The position numbers were made by a program, and so were the translations under genes. The notes beneath the pieces were generated by a model, which had not been told where the DNA came from, made no database searches, and saw nothing but the letters and a program-made list of their open reading frames with translations. Of a stretch of DNA of 64,000 nt, positions 49,801 to 64,000 are shown piece after piece (positions within the stretch are counted from its first letter, which is position 1; each line of letters begins with the position of its first letter). The DNA lies in assembly GCA_964057225.1 (NCBI GenBank), contig OZ059895.1:11842001-11906000 (forward strand). Reading direction: 5' to 3'. This DNA is from Auanema rhodensis. Its lineage: Eukaryota; Animalia; Nematoda.

Positions 49801-52800
49801 ATGTTACGTAGAAAATTACAAAACTAACATGAAATTGGAAAAAAAACAAAAACGAGGATAAGTATGTAGATCATTGAATATCAGATATTTTCGCTTACGA
49901 CCATACCACGTTGAAAGTACGCCATGCAGCTGATTTTCAATTTTATCTCTTCCGTAACAAAAGTTTTCAATTTTCCAGCAGTTTTACTTAGATAGCTCAA
50001 CCCAAGGCATTAAAATATCTTCAATCTTATTTCTATATTACAGTTATAAACCAGTAGTTTATGAACCTTAATCTTAACTTTACTGTTTCTATCTATTTCC
50101 TGTTAAAACAAACGTTGTTTAAACACTATACAACTGTGAAACCTTTTTTAATTTATTGTATTTGGAGCTCATAAGATTCAATATCATCGAGGGATTTAGA
50201 TGTAACGTGGAAAATTACATAACTAACATGAAATTGGAAAAAAAACAATAACGAGGATAAGTATGTAAATTATTGAATATCAGATATTTCCGCTTACGAC
50301 CATACCACGTTGAAAGTACGCCATGCAGCTGATTTTCAATTTTATCTCTTCCGTAACAAATGTTTTCAATTTTCCAGCAGTTTTACTTAGATAGCTCAAC
50401 CCAAGGCATTAAAATATCTTCAATCTTATTTCTATATTACAGTTATAAACCAGTAGTTTATGAACCTTCATCTTAACTTTACTGTTTCTATCTATTTCCT
50501 ATTGAAACAAACATTGTTTAAACACTATACAACTGTGAAACCTTTTTTAATTTATTGTATTTGGATCTCATAAGAATTGATATCATCGAGGGATTTAGAT
50601 GTTACGTAGAAAATTACATAACTAACATGAAATTGGAAAAAAAACAAAAACGAGGATAAGTATGTAGATCATTGAATATCAGATATTTTCGCTTACGACC
50701 ATACCACGTTGAAAGTACGCCATGCAGCTGATTTTCAATTTTATCTCTTCCGTAACAAAAGTTTTCAATTTTCCAGCAGTTTTACTTAGATAGCTCAACC
50801 CAAGGCATTAAAATATCTTCAATCTTATTTCTATATTACAGTTATAAACCAGTAGTTTATGAACCTTAATCTTAACTTTACTGTTTCTATCTATTTCCTG
50901 TTAAAACAAACGTTGTTTAAACACTATACAACTGTGAAACCTTTTTTAATTTATTGTATTTGGAGCTCATAAGATTCAATATCATCGAGGGATTTAGATG
51001 TAACGTGGAAAATTACATAACTAACATGAAATTGGAAAAAAAACAATAACGAGGATAAGTATGTAAATTATTGAATATCAGATATTTCCGCTTACGACCA
51101 TACCACGTTGAAAGTACGCCATGCAGCTGATTTTCAATTTTATCTCTTCCGTAACAAATGTTTTCAATTTTCCAGCAGTTTTACTTAGATAGCTCAACCC
51201 AAGGCATTAAAATATCTTCAATCTTATTTCTATATTACAGTTATAAACCAGTAGTTTATGAACCTTAATCTTAACTTTACTGTTTCTATCTATTTCCTGT
51301 TAAAACAAACGTTGTTTAAACACTATACAACTGTGAAACCTTTTTTAATTTATTGTATTTGGATCTCATAAGAATTGATATCATCGAGGGATTTAGATGT
51401 TACGTAGAAAATTACATAACTAACATGAAATTGGAAAAAAAACAAAAACGAGGATAAGTATGTAGATCATTGAATATCAGATATTTTCGCTTACGACCAT
51501 ACCACGTTGAAAGTACGCCATGCAGCTGATTTTCAATTTTATCTCTTCCGTAACAAAAGTTTTCAATTTTCCAGCAGTTTTACTTAGATAGCTCAACCCA
51601 AGGCATTAAAATATCTTCAATCTTATTTCTATATTACAGTTATAAACCAGTAGTTTATGAACCTTAATCTTAACTTTACTGTTTCTATCTATTTCCTGTT
51701 AAAACAAACGTTGTTTAAACACTATACAACTGTGAAACCTTTTTTAATTTATTGTATTTGGAGCTCATAAGATTCAATATCATCGAGGGATTTAGATGTA
51801 ACGTGGAAAATTACATAACTAACATGAAATTGGAAAAAAAACAATAACGAGGATAAGTATGTAAATCATTGAATATCAGATATTTCCGCTTACGACCATA
51901 CCACGTTGAAAGTACGCCATGCAGCTGATTTTCAATTTTATCTCTTCCGTAACAAAAGTTTTCAATTTTCCAGCAGTTTTACTTAGATAGCTCAACCCAA
52001 GGCATTAAAATATCTTCAATCTTATTTCTATATTACAGTTATAAACCAGTAGTTTATGAACCTCAATCTTAACTTTACTGTTTCTATCTATTTCCTATTA
52101 AAACAAACGTTGTTTAAACACTATACAACTGTGAAACCTTTTTTAATTTATTGTATTTGGAGCTCATAAGATTCAATATCATCGAGGGATTTAGATGTAA
52201 CGTGGAAAATTACATAACTAACATGAAATTGGAAAAAAAACAATAACGAGGATAAGTATGTAAATCATTGAATATCAGATATTTCCGCTTACGACCATAC
52301 CACGTTGAAAGTACGCCATGCAGCTGATTTTCAATTTTATCTCTTCCGTAACAAATGTTTTCAATTTTCCAGCAGTTTTACTTAGATAGCTCAACCCAAG
52401 GCATTAAAATATCTTCAATCTTATTTCTATATTACAGTTATAAACCAGTAGTTTATGAACCTTAATCTTAACTTTACTGTTTCTATCTATTTCCTATTAA
52501 AACAAACGTTGTTTATACACTATACAACTGTGAAACCTTTTTTAATTTATTGTATTTGGATCTCATAAGAATTGATATCATCGAGGGATTTAGATGTAAC
52601 GTGGAAAATTACATAACTAACATGAAATTGGAAAAAAAACAATAACGAGGATAAGTATGTAAATCATTGAATATCAGATATTTCCGCTTACGACCATACC
52701 ACGTTGAAAGTACGCCATGCAGCTGATTTTCAATTTTATCTCTTCCGTAACAAATGTTTTCAATTTTCCAGCAGTTTTACTTAGATAGCTCAACCCAAGG

Positions 52801-53084
52801 CATTAAAATATCTTCAATCTTATTTCTATATTACAGTTATAAACCAGTAGTTTATGAACCTTCATCTTAACTTTACTGTTTCTATCTATTTCCTATTGAA
52901 ACAAACATTGTTTAAACACTATACAACTGTGAAACCTTTTTTAATTTATTGTATTTGGATCTCATAAGATTTGATATCATCGAGGGATTTAGATGTTACG
53001 TAGAAAATTACATAACTAACATGAAATTGGAAAAAAAACAATAACGAGGATAAGTATGTAGATCATTGAATATCAGATATTTTC

Positions 53085-53203
53085 GCTTACGACCATACCA
53101 CGTTGAAAGTACGCCATCCCGTCCGATCTGGCAAGTCAAACAACGTTGGGCCCGGTTAGTACTTGGATCGGAGACGGCTTCTGAATCCCGGGTGCCGTAA
53201 GCA
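53085..53203 (+). rRNA. 5S rRNA variant, probable pseudogene (G56A, GG97-98CT, T119A)
   Basis: Full length, with promoter-region and terminator changes. Confidence 0.8.
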
Positions 53204-55209
53204 TTTCAAATTTTTTTAACGATCATACCACGTTGAAAGTACGCCATGCAGCTGATTTTCAATTTTATCTCTTCCGTAACAAAAGTTTTCAATTTTCCAG
53301 CAGTTTTACTTAGATAGCTCAACCCAAGGCATTAAAATATCTTCAATCTTATTTCTATATTACAGTTATAAACCAGTAGTTTATGAACCTTCATCTTAAC
53401 TTTACTGTTTCTTTCTATTTCCTATTGAAACAAACATTGTTTAAACACTATACAACTGTGAAACCTTTTTTAATTTATTGTATTTGGATCTCATAAGAAT
53501 TGATATCATCGAGGGATTTAGATGTAACGTGGAAAATTACATAACTAACATGAAATTGGAAAAAAAACAATAACGAGGATAAGTATGTAAATCATTGAAT
53601 ATCAGATATTTCCGCTTACGACCATACCACGTTGAAAGTACGCCATGCAGCTGATTTTCAATTTTATCTCTTCCGTAACAAATGTTTTCAATTTTCCAGC
53701 AGTTTTACTTAGATAGCTCAACCCAAGGCATTAAAATATCTTCAATCTTATTTCTATATTACAGTTATAAACCAGTAGTTTATGAACCTTAATCTTAACT
53801 TTACTGTTTCTATCTATTTCCTATTAAAACAAACGTTGTTTATACACTATACAACTGTGAAACCTTTTTTAATTTATTGTATTTGGAGCTCATAAGATTC
53901 AATATCATCGAGGGATTTAGATGTAACGTGGAAAATTACATAACTAACATGAAATTGGAAAAAAAACAATAACGAGGATAAGTATGTAAATCATTGAATA
54001 TCAGATATTTCCGCTTACGACCATACCACGTTGAAAGTACGCCATGCAGCTGATTTTCAATTTTATCTCTTCCGTAACAAAAGTTTTCAATTTTCCAGCA
54101 GTTTTACTTAGATAGCTCAACCCAAGGCATTAAAATATCTTCAATCTTATTTCTATATTACAGTTATAAACCAGTAGTTTATGAACCTCAATCTTAACTT
54201 TACTGTTTCTATCTATTTCCTATTAAAACAAACGTTGTTTAAACACTATACAACTGTGAAACCTTTTTTAATTTATTGTATTTGGAGCTCATAAGATTCA
54301 ATATCATCGAGGGATTTAGATGTAACGTGGAAAATTACATAACTAACATGAAATTGGAAAAAAAACAATAACGAGGATAAGTATGTAAATCATTGAATAT
54401 CAGATATTTCCGCTTACGACCATACCACGTTGAAAGTACGCCATGCAGCTGATTTTCAATTTTATCTCTTCCGTAACAAATGTTTTCAATTTTCCAGCAG
54501 TTTTACTTAGATAGCTCAACCCAAGGCATTAAAATATCTTCAATCTTATTTCTATATTACAGTTATAAACCAGTAGTTTATGAACCTTAATCTTAACTTT
54601 ACTGTTTCTATCTATTTCCTATTAAAACAAACGTTGTTTATACACTATACAACTGTGAAACCTTTTTTAATTTATTGTATTTGGATCTCATAAGAATTGA
54701 TATCATCGAGGGATTTAGATGTAACGTGGAAAATTACATAACTAACATGAAATTGGAAAAAAAACAATAACGAGGATAAGTATGTAAATCATTGAATATC
54801 AGATATTTCCGCTTACGACCATACCACGTTGAAAGTACGCCATGCAGCTGATTTTCAATTTTATCTCTTCCGTAACAAATGTTTTCAATTTTCCAGCAGT
54901 TTTACTTAGATAGCTCAACCCAAGGCATTAAAATATCTTCAATCTTATTTCTATATTACAGTTATAAACCAGTAGTTTATGAACCTTCATCTTAACTTTA
55001 CTGTTTCTATCTATTTCCTATTGAAACAAACATTGTTTAAACACTATACAACTGTGAAACCTTTTTTAATTTATTGTATTTGGATCTCATAAGATTTGAT
55101 ATCATCGAGGGATTTAGATGTTACGTAGAAAATTACATAACTAACATGAAATTGGAAAAAAAACAATAACGAGGATAAGTATGTAGATCATTGAATATCA
55201 GATATTTTC

Positions 55210-55328
55210 GCTTACGACCATACCACGTTGAAAGTACGCCATCCCGTCCGATCTGGCAAGTCAAACAACGTTGGGCCCGGTTAGTACTTGGATCGGAGAC
55301 GGCTTCTGAATCCCGGGTGCCGTAAGCA
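55210..55328 (+). rRNA. 5S rRNA variant, probable pseudogene
   Basis: Same variants as the 53085 copy. Confidence 0.8.
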
Positions 55329-58300
55329 TTTCAAATTTTTTTAACGATCATACCACGTTGAAAGTACGCCATGCAGCTGATTTTCAATTTTATCTCTTCC
55401 GTAACAAAAGTTTTCAATTTTCCAGCAGTTTTACTTAGATAGCTCAACCCAAGGCATTAAAATATCTTCAATCTTATTTCTATATTACAGTTATAAACCA
55501 GTAGTTTATGAACCTTCATCTTAACTTTACTGTTTCTTTCTATTTCCTATTGAAACAAACATTGTTTAAACACTATACAACTGTGAAACCTTTTTTAATT
55601 TATTGTATTTGGATCTCATAAGAATTGATATCATCGAGGGATTTAGATGTAACGTGGAAAATTACATAACTAACATGAAATTGGAAAAAAAACAATAACG
55701 AGGATAAGTATGTAAATCATTGAATATCAGATATTTCCGCTTACGACCATACCACGTTGAAAGTACGCCATGCAGCTGATTTTCAATTTTATCTCTTCCG
55801 TAACAAATGTTTTCAATTTTCCAGCAGTTTTACTTAGATAGCTCAACCCAAGGCATTAAAATATCTTCAATCTTATTTCTATATTACAGTTATAAACCAG
55901 TAGTTTATGAACCTTAATCTTAACTTTACTGTTTCTATCTATTTCCTATTAAAACAAACGTTGTTTATACACTATACAACTGTGAAACCTTTTTTAATTT
56001 ATTGTATTTGGATCTCATAAGAATTGATATCATCGAGGGATTTAGATGTAACGTGGAAAATTACATAACTAACATGAAATTGGAAAAAAAACAATAACGA
56101 GGATAAGTATGTAAATCATTGAATATCAGATATTTCCGCTTACGACCATACCACGTTGAAAGTACGCCATGCAGCTGATTTTCAATTTTATCTCTTCCGT
56201 AACAAATGTTTTCAATTTTCCAGCAGTTTTACTTAGATAGCTCAACCCAAGGCATCAAAATATCTTCAATCTTATTTCTTTATTACAGTTATAAACCAGT
56301 AGTTTATGAACCTTCATCTTAACTTTACTGTTTCTATCTATTTCCTATTGAAACAAACATTGTTTAAACACTATACAACTGTGAAACCTTTTTTTAATTT
56401 ATTGTATTTGGAGCTCATAAGATTCAATATCATCGAGGGATTTAGATGTAACGTGGAAAATTACATAACTAACATGAAATTGGAAAAAAAACAATAACAA
56501 GGATAAGTATGTAAATCATTGAATATCAGATATTTCCGCTTACGACCATACCACGTTGAAAGTACGCCATGCAGCTGATTTTCAATTTTATCTCTTCCGT
56601 AACAAATGTTTTCAATTTTCCAGCAGTTTTACTTAGATAGCTCAACCCAAGGCATTAAAATATCTTCAATCTTATTTCTATATTACAGTTATAAACCAGT
56701 AGTTTATGAACCTTAATCTTAACTTTACTGTTTCTATCTATTTCCTATTAAAACAAACGTTGTTTAAACACTATACAACTGTGAAACCTTTTTAAATTTA
56801 TTGTATTTGGAGCTCATAAGATTCAATATTATCGAGGGATTTAGATGTAACGTGGAAAATTACATAACTAACATGAAATTGGAAAAAAAAACAAAAACGA
56901 GGATAAATATGTAAATCATTGAATATCAGATATTTCCGCTTACGACCATACCACGTTGAAAGTACGCCATGCAGCTGATTTTCAATTTTATCTCTTCCGT
57001 AACAAAAGTTTTCAATTTTCCAGCAGTTTTACTTAGATAGCTCAACCCAAGGCATTAAAATATCTTCAATCTTATTTCTATATTACAGTTATAAACCAGT
57101 AGTTAATGAACCTTCATCTTAACTTTACTGTTTCTATCTATTTCCTATTGAAACAAACATTGTTTAAACACTATACAACTGTGAAACCTTTTTTAATTTA
57201 TTGTATTTGGATCTCATAAGAATTGATATCATCGAGGGATTTAGATGTTACGTAGAAAATTACATAACTAACATGAAATTGGAAAAAAAACAAAAACGAG
57301 GATAAGTATGTAGATCATTGAATATCAGATATTTTCGCTTACGACCATACCACGTTGAAAGTACGCCATGCAGCTGATTTTCAATTTTATCTCTTCCGTA
57401 ACAAAAGTTTTCAATTTTCCAGCAGTTTTACTTAGATAGCTCAACCCAAGGCATTAAAATATCTTCAATCTTATTTCTATATTACAGTTATAAACCAGTA
57501 GTTTATGAACTTTAATCTTAACTTTACTGTTTCTATCTATTTCCTGTTAAAACAAACGTTGTTTAAACACTATACAACTGTGAAACCTTTTTTAATTTAT
57601 TGTATTTGGAGCTCATAAGATTCAATATCATCGAGGGATTTAGATGTAACGTGGAAAATTACATAACTAACATGAAATTGGAAAAAAAACAATAACGAGG
57701 ATAAGTATGTAAATTATTGAATATAAGATATTTCCGCTTACGACCATACCACGTTGAAAGTACGCCATGCAGCTGATTTTCAATTTTATCTCTTCCGTAA
57801 CAAATGTTTTCAATTTTCCAGCAGTTTTACTTAGATAGCTCAACCCAAGGCATTAAAATATCTTCAATCTTATTTCTATATTACAGTTATAAACGAGTAG
57901 TTTATGAACCTTAATCTTAACTTTACTGTTTCTATCTATTTCCTGTTAAAACAAACGTTGTTTAAACACTATACAACTGTGAAACCTTTTTTAATTTATT
58001 GTATTTGGATCTCATAAGAATTGATATCATCGAGGGATTTAGATGTAACGTGGAAAATTACATAACTAACATGAAATTGGAAAAAAAACAAAAACGAGGA
58101 TAAGTATGTAAATCATTGAATATCAGATATTTCCGCTTACGACCATACCACGTTGAAAGTACGCCATGCAGCTGATTTTCAATTTTATCTCTTCCGTAAC
58201 AAATGTTTTCAATTTTCCAGCAGTTTTACTTAGATAGCTCAACCCAAGGCATTAAAATATCTTCAATCTTATTTCTATATTACAGTTATAAACCAGTAGT

Positions 58301-59730
58301 TTATGAACCTTAATCTTAACTTTACTGTTTCTATCTATTTCCTATTAAAACAAACGTTGTTTAAACACTATACAACTGTGAAACCTTTTTTAATTTATTG
58401 TATTTGGAGCTCATAAGATTCAATATTATCGAGGGATTTAGATGTAACGTGGAAAATTACATAACTAACATGAAATTGGAAAAAAAACAATAACGAGGAT
58501 AAATATGTAAATCATTGAATATCAGATATTTCCGCTTACGACCATACCACGTTGAAAGTACGCCATGCAGCTGATTTTCAATTTTATCTCTTCCGTAACA
58601 AAAGTTTTCAATTTTCCAGCAGTTTTACTTAGATAGCTCAACCCAAGGCATTAAAATATCTTCAATCTTATTTCTATATTACAGTTATAAACCAGTAGTT
58701 AATGAACCTTCATCTTAACTTTACTGTTTCTATCTATTTCCTATTGAAACAAACATTGTTTAAACACTATACAACTGTGAAACCTTTTTTAATTTATTGT
58801 ATTTGGATCTCATAAGAATTGATATCATCGAGGGATTTAGATGTTACGTAGAAAATTACATAACTAACATGAAATTGGAAAAAAAACAAAAACGAGGATA
58901 AGTATGTAGATCATTGAATATCAGATATTTTCGCTTACGACCATACCACGTTGAAAGTACGCCATGCAGCTGATTTTCAATTTTATCTCTTCCGTAACAA
59001 AAGTTTTCAATTTTCCAGCAGTTTTACTTAGATAGCTCAACCCAAGGCATTAAAATATCTTCAATCTTATTTCTATATTACAGTTATAAACCAGTAGTTT
59101 ATGAACCTTAATCTTAACTTTACTGTTTCTATCTATTTCCTGTTAAAACAAACGTTGTTTAAACACTATACAACTGTGAAACCTTTTTTAATTTATTGTA
59201 TTTGGAGCTCATAAGATTCAATATCATCGAGGGATTTAGATGTAACGTGGAAAATTACATAACTAACATGAAATTGGAAAAAAAACAATAACGAGGATAA
59301 GTATGTAAATTATTGAATATCAGATATTTCCGCTTACGACCATACCACGTTGAAAGTACGCCATGCAGCTGATTTTCAATTTTATCTCTTCCGTAACAAA
59401 TGTTTTCAATTTTCCAGCAGTTTTACTTAGATAGCTCAACCCAAGGCATTAAAATATCTTCAATCTTATTTCTATATTACAGTTATAAACCAGTAGTTTA
59501 TGAACCTTCATCTTAACTTTACTGTTTCTATCTATTTCCTATTGAAACAAACTTTGTTTAAACACTATACAACTGTGAAACCTTTTTTAATTTATTGTAT
59601 TTGGATCTCATAAGATTTGATATCATCGAGGGATTTAGATGTTACGTAGAAAATTACATAACTAACATGAAATTGGAAAAAAAACAATAACGAGGATAAG
59701 TATGTAGATCATTGAATATCAGATATTTTC

Positions 59731-59849
59731 GCTTACGACCATACCACGTTAAAAGTACGCCATCCCGTCCGATCTGGCAAGTCAAACAACGTTGGGCCCG
59801 GTTAGTACTTGGATCGGAGACGGCTTCTGAATCCCGGGTGCCGTAAGCA
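59731..59849 (+). rRNA. 5S rRNA variant, probable pseudogene
   Basis: Same variants plus G21A. Confidence 0.8.
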
Positions 59850-61853
59850 GTTCAAATTTTTTTAACGATCATACCACGTTGAAAGTACGCCATGCAGCTG
59901 ATTTTCAATTTTATCTCTTTCGTAACAAAAGTTTTCAAATTTCCAGCAGTTTTACTTAGATAGCTCAACCCAAGGCATTAAAATATCTTTAATCTTATTT
60001 CTATATTACAGTTATAAACCAGTAGTTTATGAACCTTCATCTTAACTTTACTGTTTCTTTCTATTTCCTATTGAAACAAACATTGTTTAAACACTATACA
60101 ACTGTGAAACCTTTTTTAATTTATTGTATTTGGATCTCATAAGATTCAATATTATCGAGGGATTTAGATGTAACGTGGAAAATTACATAACTAACATGAA
60201 ATTGGAAACAACTATAACGAGGATAAGTATGTGAATCATTGAATATCAGATATTTTCGCTCACGACCATACCACGTTGAAAGTACGCCATGCAGCTGATT
60301 TTCAATTTTATCTCTTCCGTAACAAAAGTTTTCAATTTTCCAGCAGTTTTACTTAGATAGCTCAACCCAAGGCATTAAAATATCTTCAACCTTATTTCTA
60401 TATTACAGTTATAAACCAGTAGTTTATGAACCTTCATCTTAACTTTACTGTTTCTTTCTATTTCCTATTGAAACAAACATTGTTTAAACACTATACAACT
60501 GTGAAACCTTTTTTAATTTATTGTATTTGGATCTCATAAGATTTGATATCATCGACGGATTTAGATGTTACGTAGAAAATTACATAACTAACATGAAATT
60601 GGAAAAAAAACAATAACGAGGATAAGTATGTAGATCATTGAATATCAGATATTTTCGCTTACGACCATACCACGTTGAAAGTACGCCATGCAGCTGATTT
60701 TCAATTTTATTTCTTCCGTAACAAAAGTTTTCAATTTTCCAGCAGTTTTACTTAGATAGCTCAACCCAATGCATTAAAATATCTTCAATCTTATTTCTAT
60801 ATTACAGTTATAAACCAGTAGTTTATGAACCTTCATCTTAACTTTACTGTTTCTATCTATTTCCTATTAAAACAAACGTTGTTTAAACACTATACAACTG
60901 TGAAACCTTTTTTAATTTATTGTATTTGGAGCTCATAAGATTCAATATCATTGAGGGATTTAGATGTAACGTGGAAAATTACATAACTAACATGAAATTG
61001 GAAAAAAAACAATAACGAGGATAAGTATGTAAATCATTGAATATCAGATATTTCCGCTTACGACCATACCACGTTGAAAGTACGCCATGCAGCTGATTTT
61101 CAATTTTATCTCTTCCGTAACAAATGTTTTCAATTTTCCAGCAGTTTTACTTAGATAGCTCAACCCAAGGCATTAAAATATCTTCAATCTTATTTCTATA
61201 TTACAGTTATAAACCAGTAGTTTATGAACCTTAATCTTAACTTTACTGTTTCTATCTATTTCCTATTAAAACAAACGTTGTTTAAACACTATACAACTGT
61301 GAAACCTTTTTTAATTTATTGTATTTGGAGCTCATAAGATTCAATATTATCGAGGGATTTAGATGTAACGTGGAAAATTACATAACTAACATGAAATTGG
61401 AAAAAAAACAATAACGAGGATAAATATGTAAATCATTGAATATCAGATATTTCCGCTTACAACCATACCACGTTGAAAGTACGCCATGCAGCTGATTTTC
61501 AAATTTATCTCTTCCGTAACAAATGTTTTCAATTTTCCAGCAGTTTTACTTAGATAGCTCAACCCAAGGCATTAAAATATCTTTAATCTTATTTCTATAT
61601 TACAGTTATAAACCAGTAGTTTATGAACCTTCATCTTAACTTTACTGTTTCTATCTATTTCCTATTGAAACAAACATTGTTTAAACACTATACAACTGTG
61701 AAACCTTTTTTAATTTATTGTATTTGGATCTCATAAGATTTGATATCATCGAGGGATTTAGATGTTACGTAGAAAATTACATAACTAACATGAAATTGGA
61801 AAAAAAACAATAACGAGGATAAGTATGTAGATCATTGAATATCAGATATTTTC

Positions 61854-61972
61854 GCTTACGACCATACCACGTTGAAAGTACGCCATCCCGTCCGATCTGG
61901 CAAGTCAAACAACGTTGGGCCCGGTTAGTACTTGGATCGGAGACGGCTTCTGAATCCCGGGTGCCGTAACCA
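61854..61972 (+). rRNA. 5S rRNA variant, probable pseudogene
   Basis: Same variants plus G117C. Confidence 0.8.
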
Positions 61973-64000
61973 TTTCAAATTTTTTTAACGATCATATCAC
62001 GTTGAAAGTACGCCATGCAGCTGATTTTCAATTTTATGTCTTCCGTAACAAATGTTTTCAATTTTCCAGCAGTTTTACTTAGATAGCTCAACCCAAGGCA
62101 TTAAAATATCTTCAATCTTATTTCTATATTACAGTTATAAACCAGTAGTTTATGAACCTTAATCTTAACTTTACTGTTTCTATCTATTTCCTATTAAAAC
62201 AAACGTTGTTTAAACACTATACAACTGTGAAACCTTTTTTAATTTATTGTATTTGGAGCTCATAAGATTCAATATTATCGAGGGATTTAGATGTAACGTG
62301 GAAAATTACATAACTAACATGAAATTGGAAAAAAAACAATAACGAGGATAAATATGTAAATCATTGAATATCAGATATTTCCGCTTACGACCATACCACG
62401 TTGAAAGTACGCCATGCAGCTGATTTTCAATTTTATCTCTTCCGTAACAAAAGTTTTCAATTTTCCAGCAGTTTTACTTAGATAGCTCAACCCAAGGCAT
62501 TAAAATATCTTCAATCTTATTTCTATATTACAGTTATAAACCAGTAGTTTATGAACCTTCATCTTAACTTTACTGTTTCTATCTATTTCCTATTGAAACA
62601 AACATTGTTTAAACACTATACAACTGTGAAACCTTTTTTAATTTATTGTATTTGGATCTCATAAGATTTGATATCATCGAGGGATTTAGATGTTACGTAG
62701 AAAATTACATAACTAACATGAAATTGGAAAAAAAACAATAACGAGGATAAGTATGTAGATCATTGAATATCAGATATTTTCGCTTACGACCATACCACGT
62801 TGAAAGTACGCCATGCAGCTGATTTTCAATTTTATCTCTTCCGTAACAAATGTTTTCAATTTTCCAGCAGTTTTACTTAGATAGCTCAACCCAAGGCATT
62901 AAAATATCTTCAATCTTATTTCTATATTACAGTTATAAACCAGTAGTTTATGAACCTTCATCTTAACTTTACTGTTTCTTTCTATTTCCTATTGAAACAA
63001 ACATTGTTTAAACACTATACAACTGTGAAACCTTTTTTAATTTATTGTATTTGGAGCTCATAAGATTCAATATCATCGAGGGATTTAGATGTAACGTGGA
63101 AAATTACATAACTAACATGAAATTGGAAAAAAAACAATAACGAGGATAAGTATGTAAATCATTGAATATCAGATATTTCCGCTTACGACCATACCACGTT
63201 GAAAGTACGCCATGCAGCTGATTTTCAATTTTATCTCTTCCGTAACAAAAGTTTTCAATTTTCCAGCAGTTTTACTTAGATAGCTCAACCCAAGGCATTA
63301 AAATATCTTCAATCTTATTTCTATATTACAGTTATAAACCAGTAGTTTATGAACCTTAATCTTAACTTTACTGTTTCTATCTATTTCCTGTTAAAACAAA
63401 CGTTGTTTAAACACTATACAACTGTGAAACCTTTTTTAATTTATTGTATTTGGAGCTCATAAGATTCAATATCATCGAGGGATTTAGATGTAACGTGGAA
63501 AATTACATAACTAACATGAAATTGGAAAAAAAACAATAACGAGGATAAGTATGTAAATTATTGAATATCAGATATTTCCGCTTACGACCATACCACGTTG
63601 AAAGTACGCCATGCAGCTGATTTTCAATTTTATCTCTTCCGTAACAAATGTTTTCAATTTTCCAGCAGTTTTACTTAGATAGCTCAACCCAAGGCATTAA
63701 AATATCTTCAATCTTATTTCTATATTACAGTTATAAACCAGTAGTTTATGAACCTTCATCTTAACTTTACTGTTTCTATCTATTTCCTATTGAAACAAAC
63801 TTTGTTTAAACACTATACAACTGTGAAACCTTTTTTAATTTATTGTATTTGGATCTCATAAGATTTGATATCATCGAGGGATTTAGATGTTACGTAGAAA
63901 ATTACATAACTAACATGAAATTGGAAAAAAAACAATAACGAGGATAAGTATGTAGATCATTGAATATCAGATATTTTCGCTTACGACCATACCACGTTAA

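Larger units (their letters stand above)
41835..64000 (+). repeat. 5S rDNA-derived tandem array: ~46 units of 399 bp (33-nt 5S stub) plus 7 units of 529 bp (full 5S)
   Basis: Unit starts at 41920, 42449, 42848, 43247, 43776 ... 63979; (63979-41920-7x529)/399 = 46; the array runs off the window end. Confidence 0.97.

Noticed and set aside
41835-64000. CRISPR-like array (conserved ~33-nt motif at regular spacing)
   Set aside because: The intervening sequences are near-identical ~366-bp spacers, the motif is the 5S 5' end, the context is eukaryotic and there are no cas genes

Overview
AT-rich eukaryotic DNA, almost certainly nematode (nematode-type 5S rRNA, tRNA-Arg(ACG) primer site, short GT-AG introns). 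It is the transposon-filled edge of a 5S rDNA-derived tandem array. Positions 1-41.8 kb hold two Tc1 (DD34E) elements and two inverted copies of a BEL/Pao LTR retrotransposon with a phlebovirus Gc-like env; both BEL copies abut 5S nt +68 and one has both LTRs and a GGGCC TSD. The same region contains a MULE pseudogene whose end lies in a 5S gene, a SET-domain pseudogene, a truncated Ty3/gypsy element and a near-intact Ty3/gypsy element nested in the first BEL copy. The nested element is the most unusual feature. Its order is gag - internal signal peptide - herpes gB/chuvirus-like (class III) envelope - TM - PTAP - PR-RT-RH-IN, apparently one polyprotein with env between gag and pol. It ends in CG rather than CA, and its two ends share only 16 bp. 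Positions 41.8-64 kb are an array of about 53 units. About 46 are 399-bp units that keep only a 33-nt 5S stub after a 130-bp repeat-mediated deletion. Seven are 529-bp units with a full-length, mostly mutated 5S gene. Higher-order repeats are present. All protein family calls come from motif recognition by eye, not database searches.
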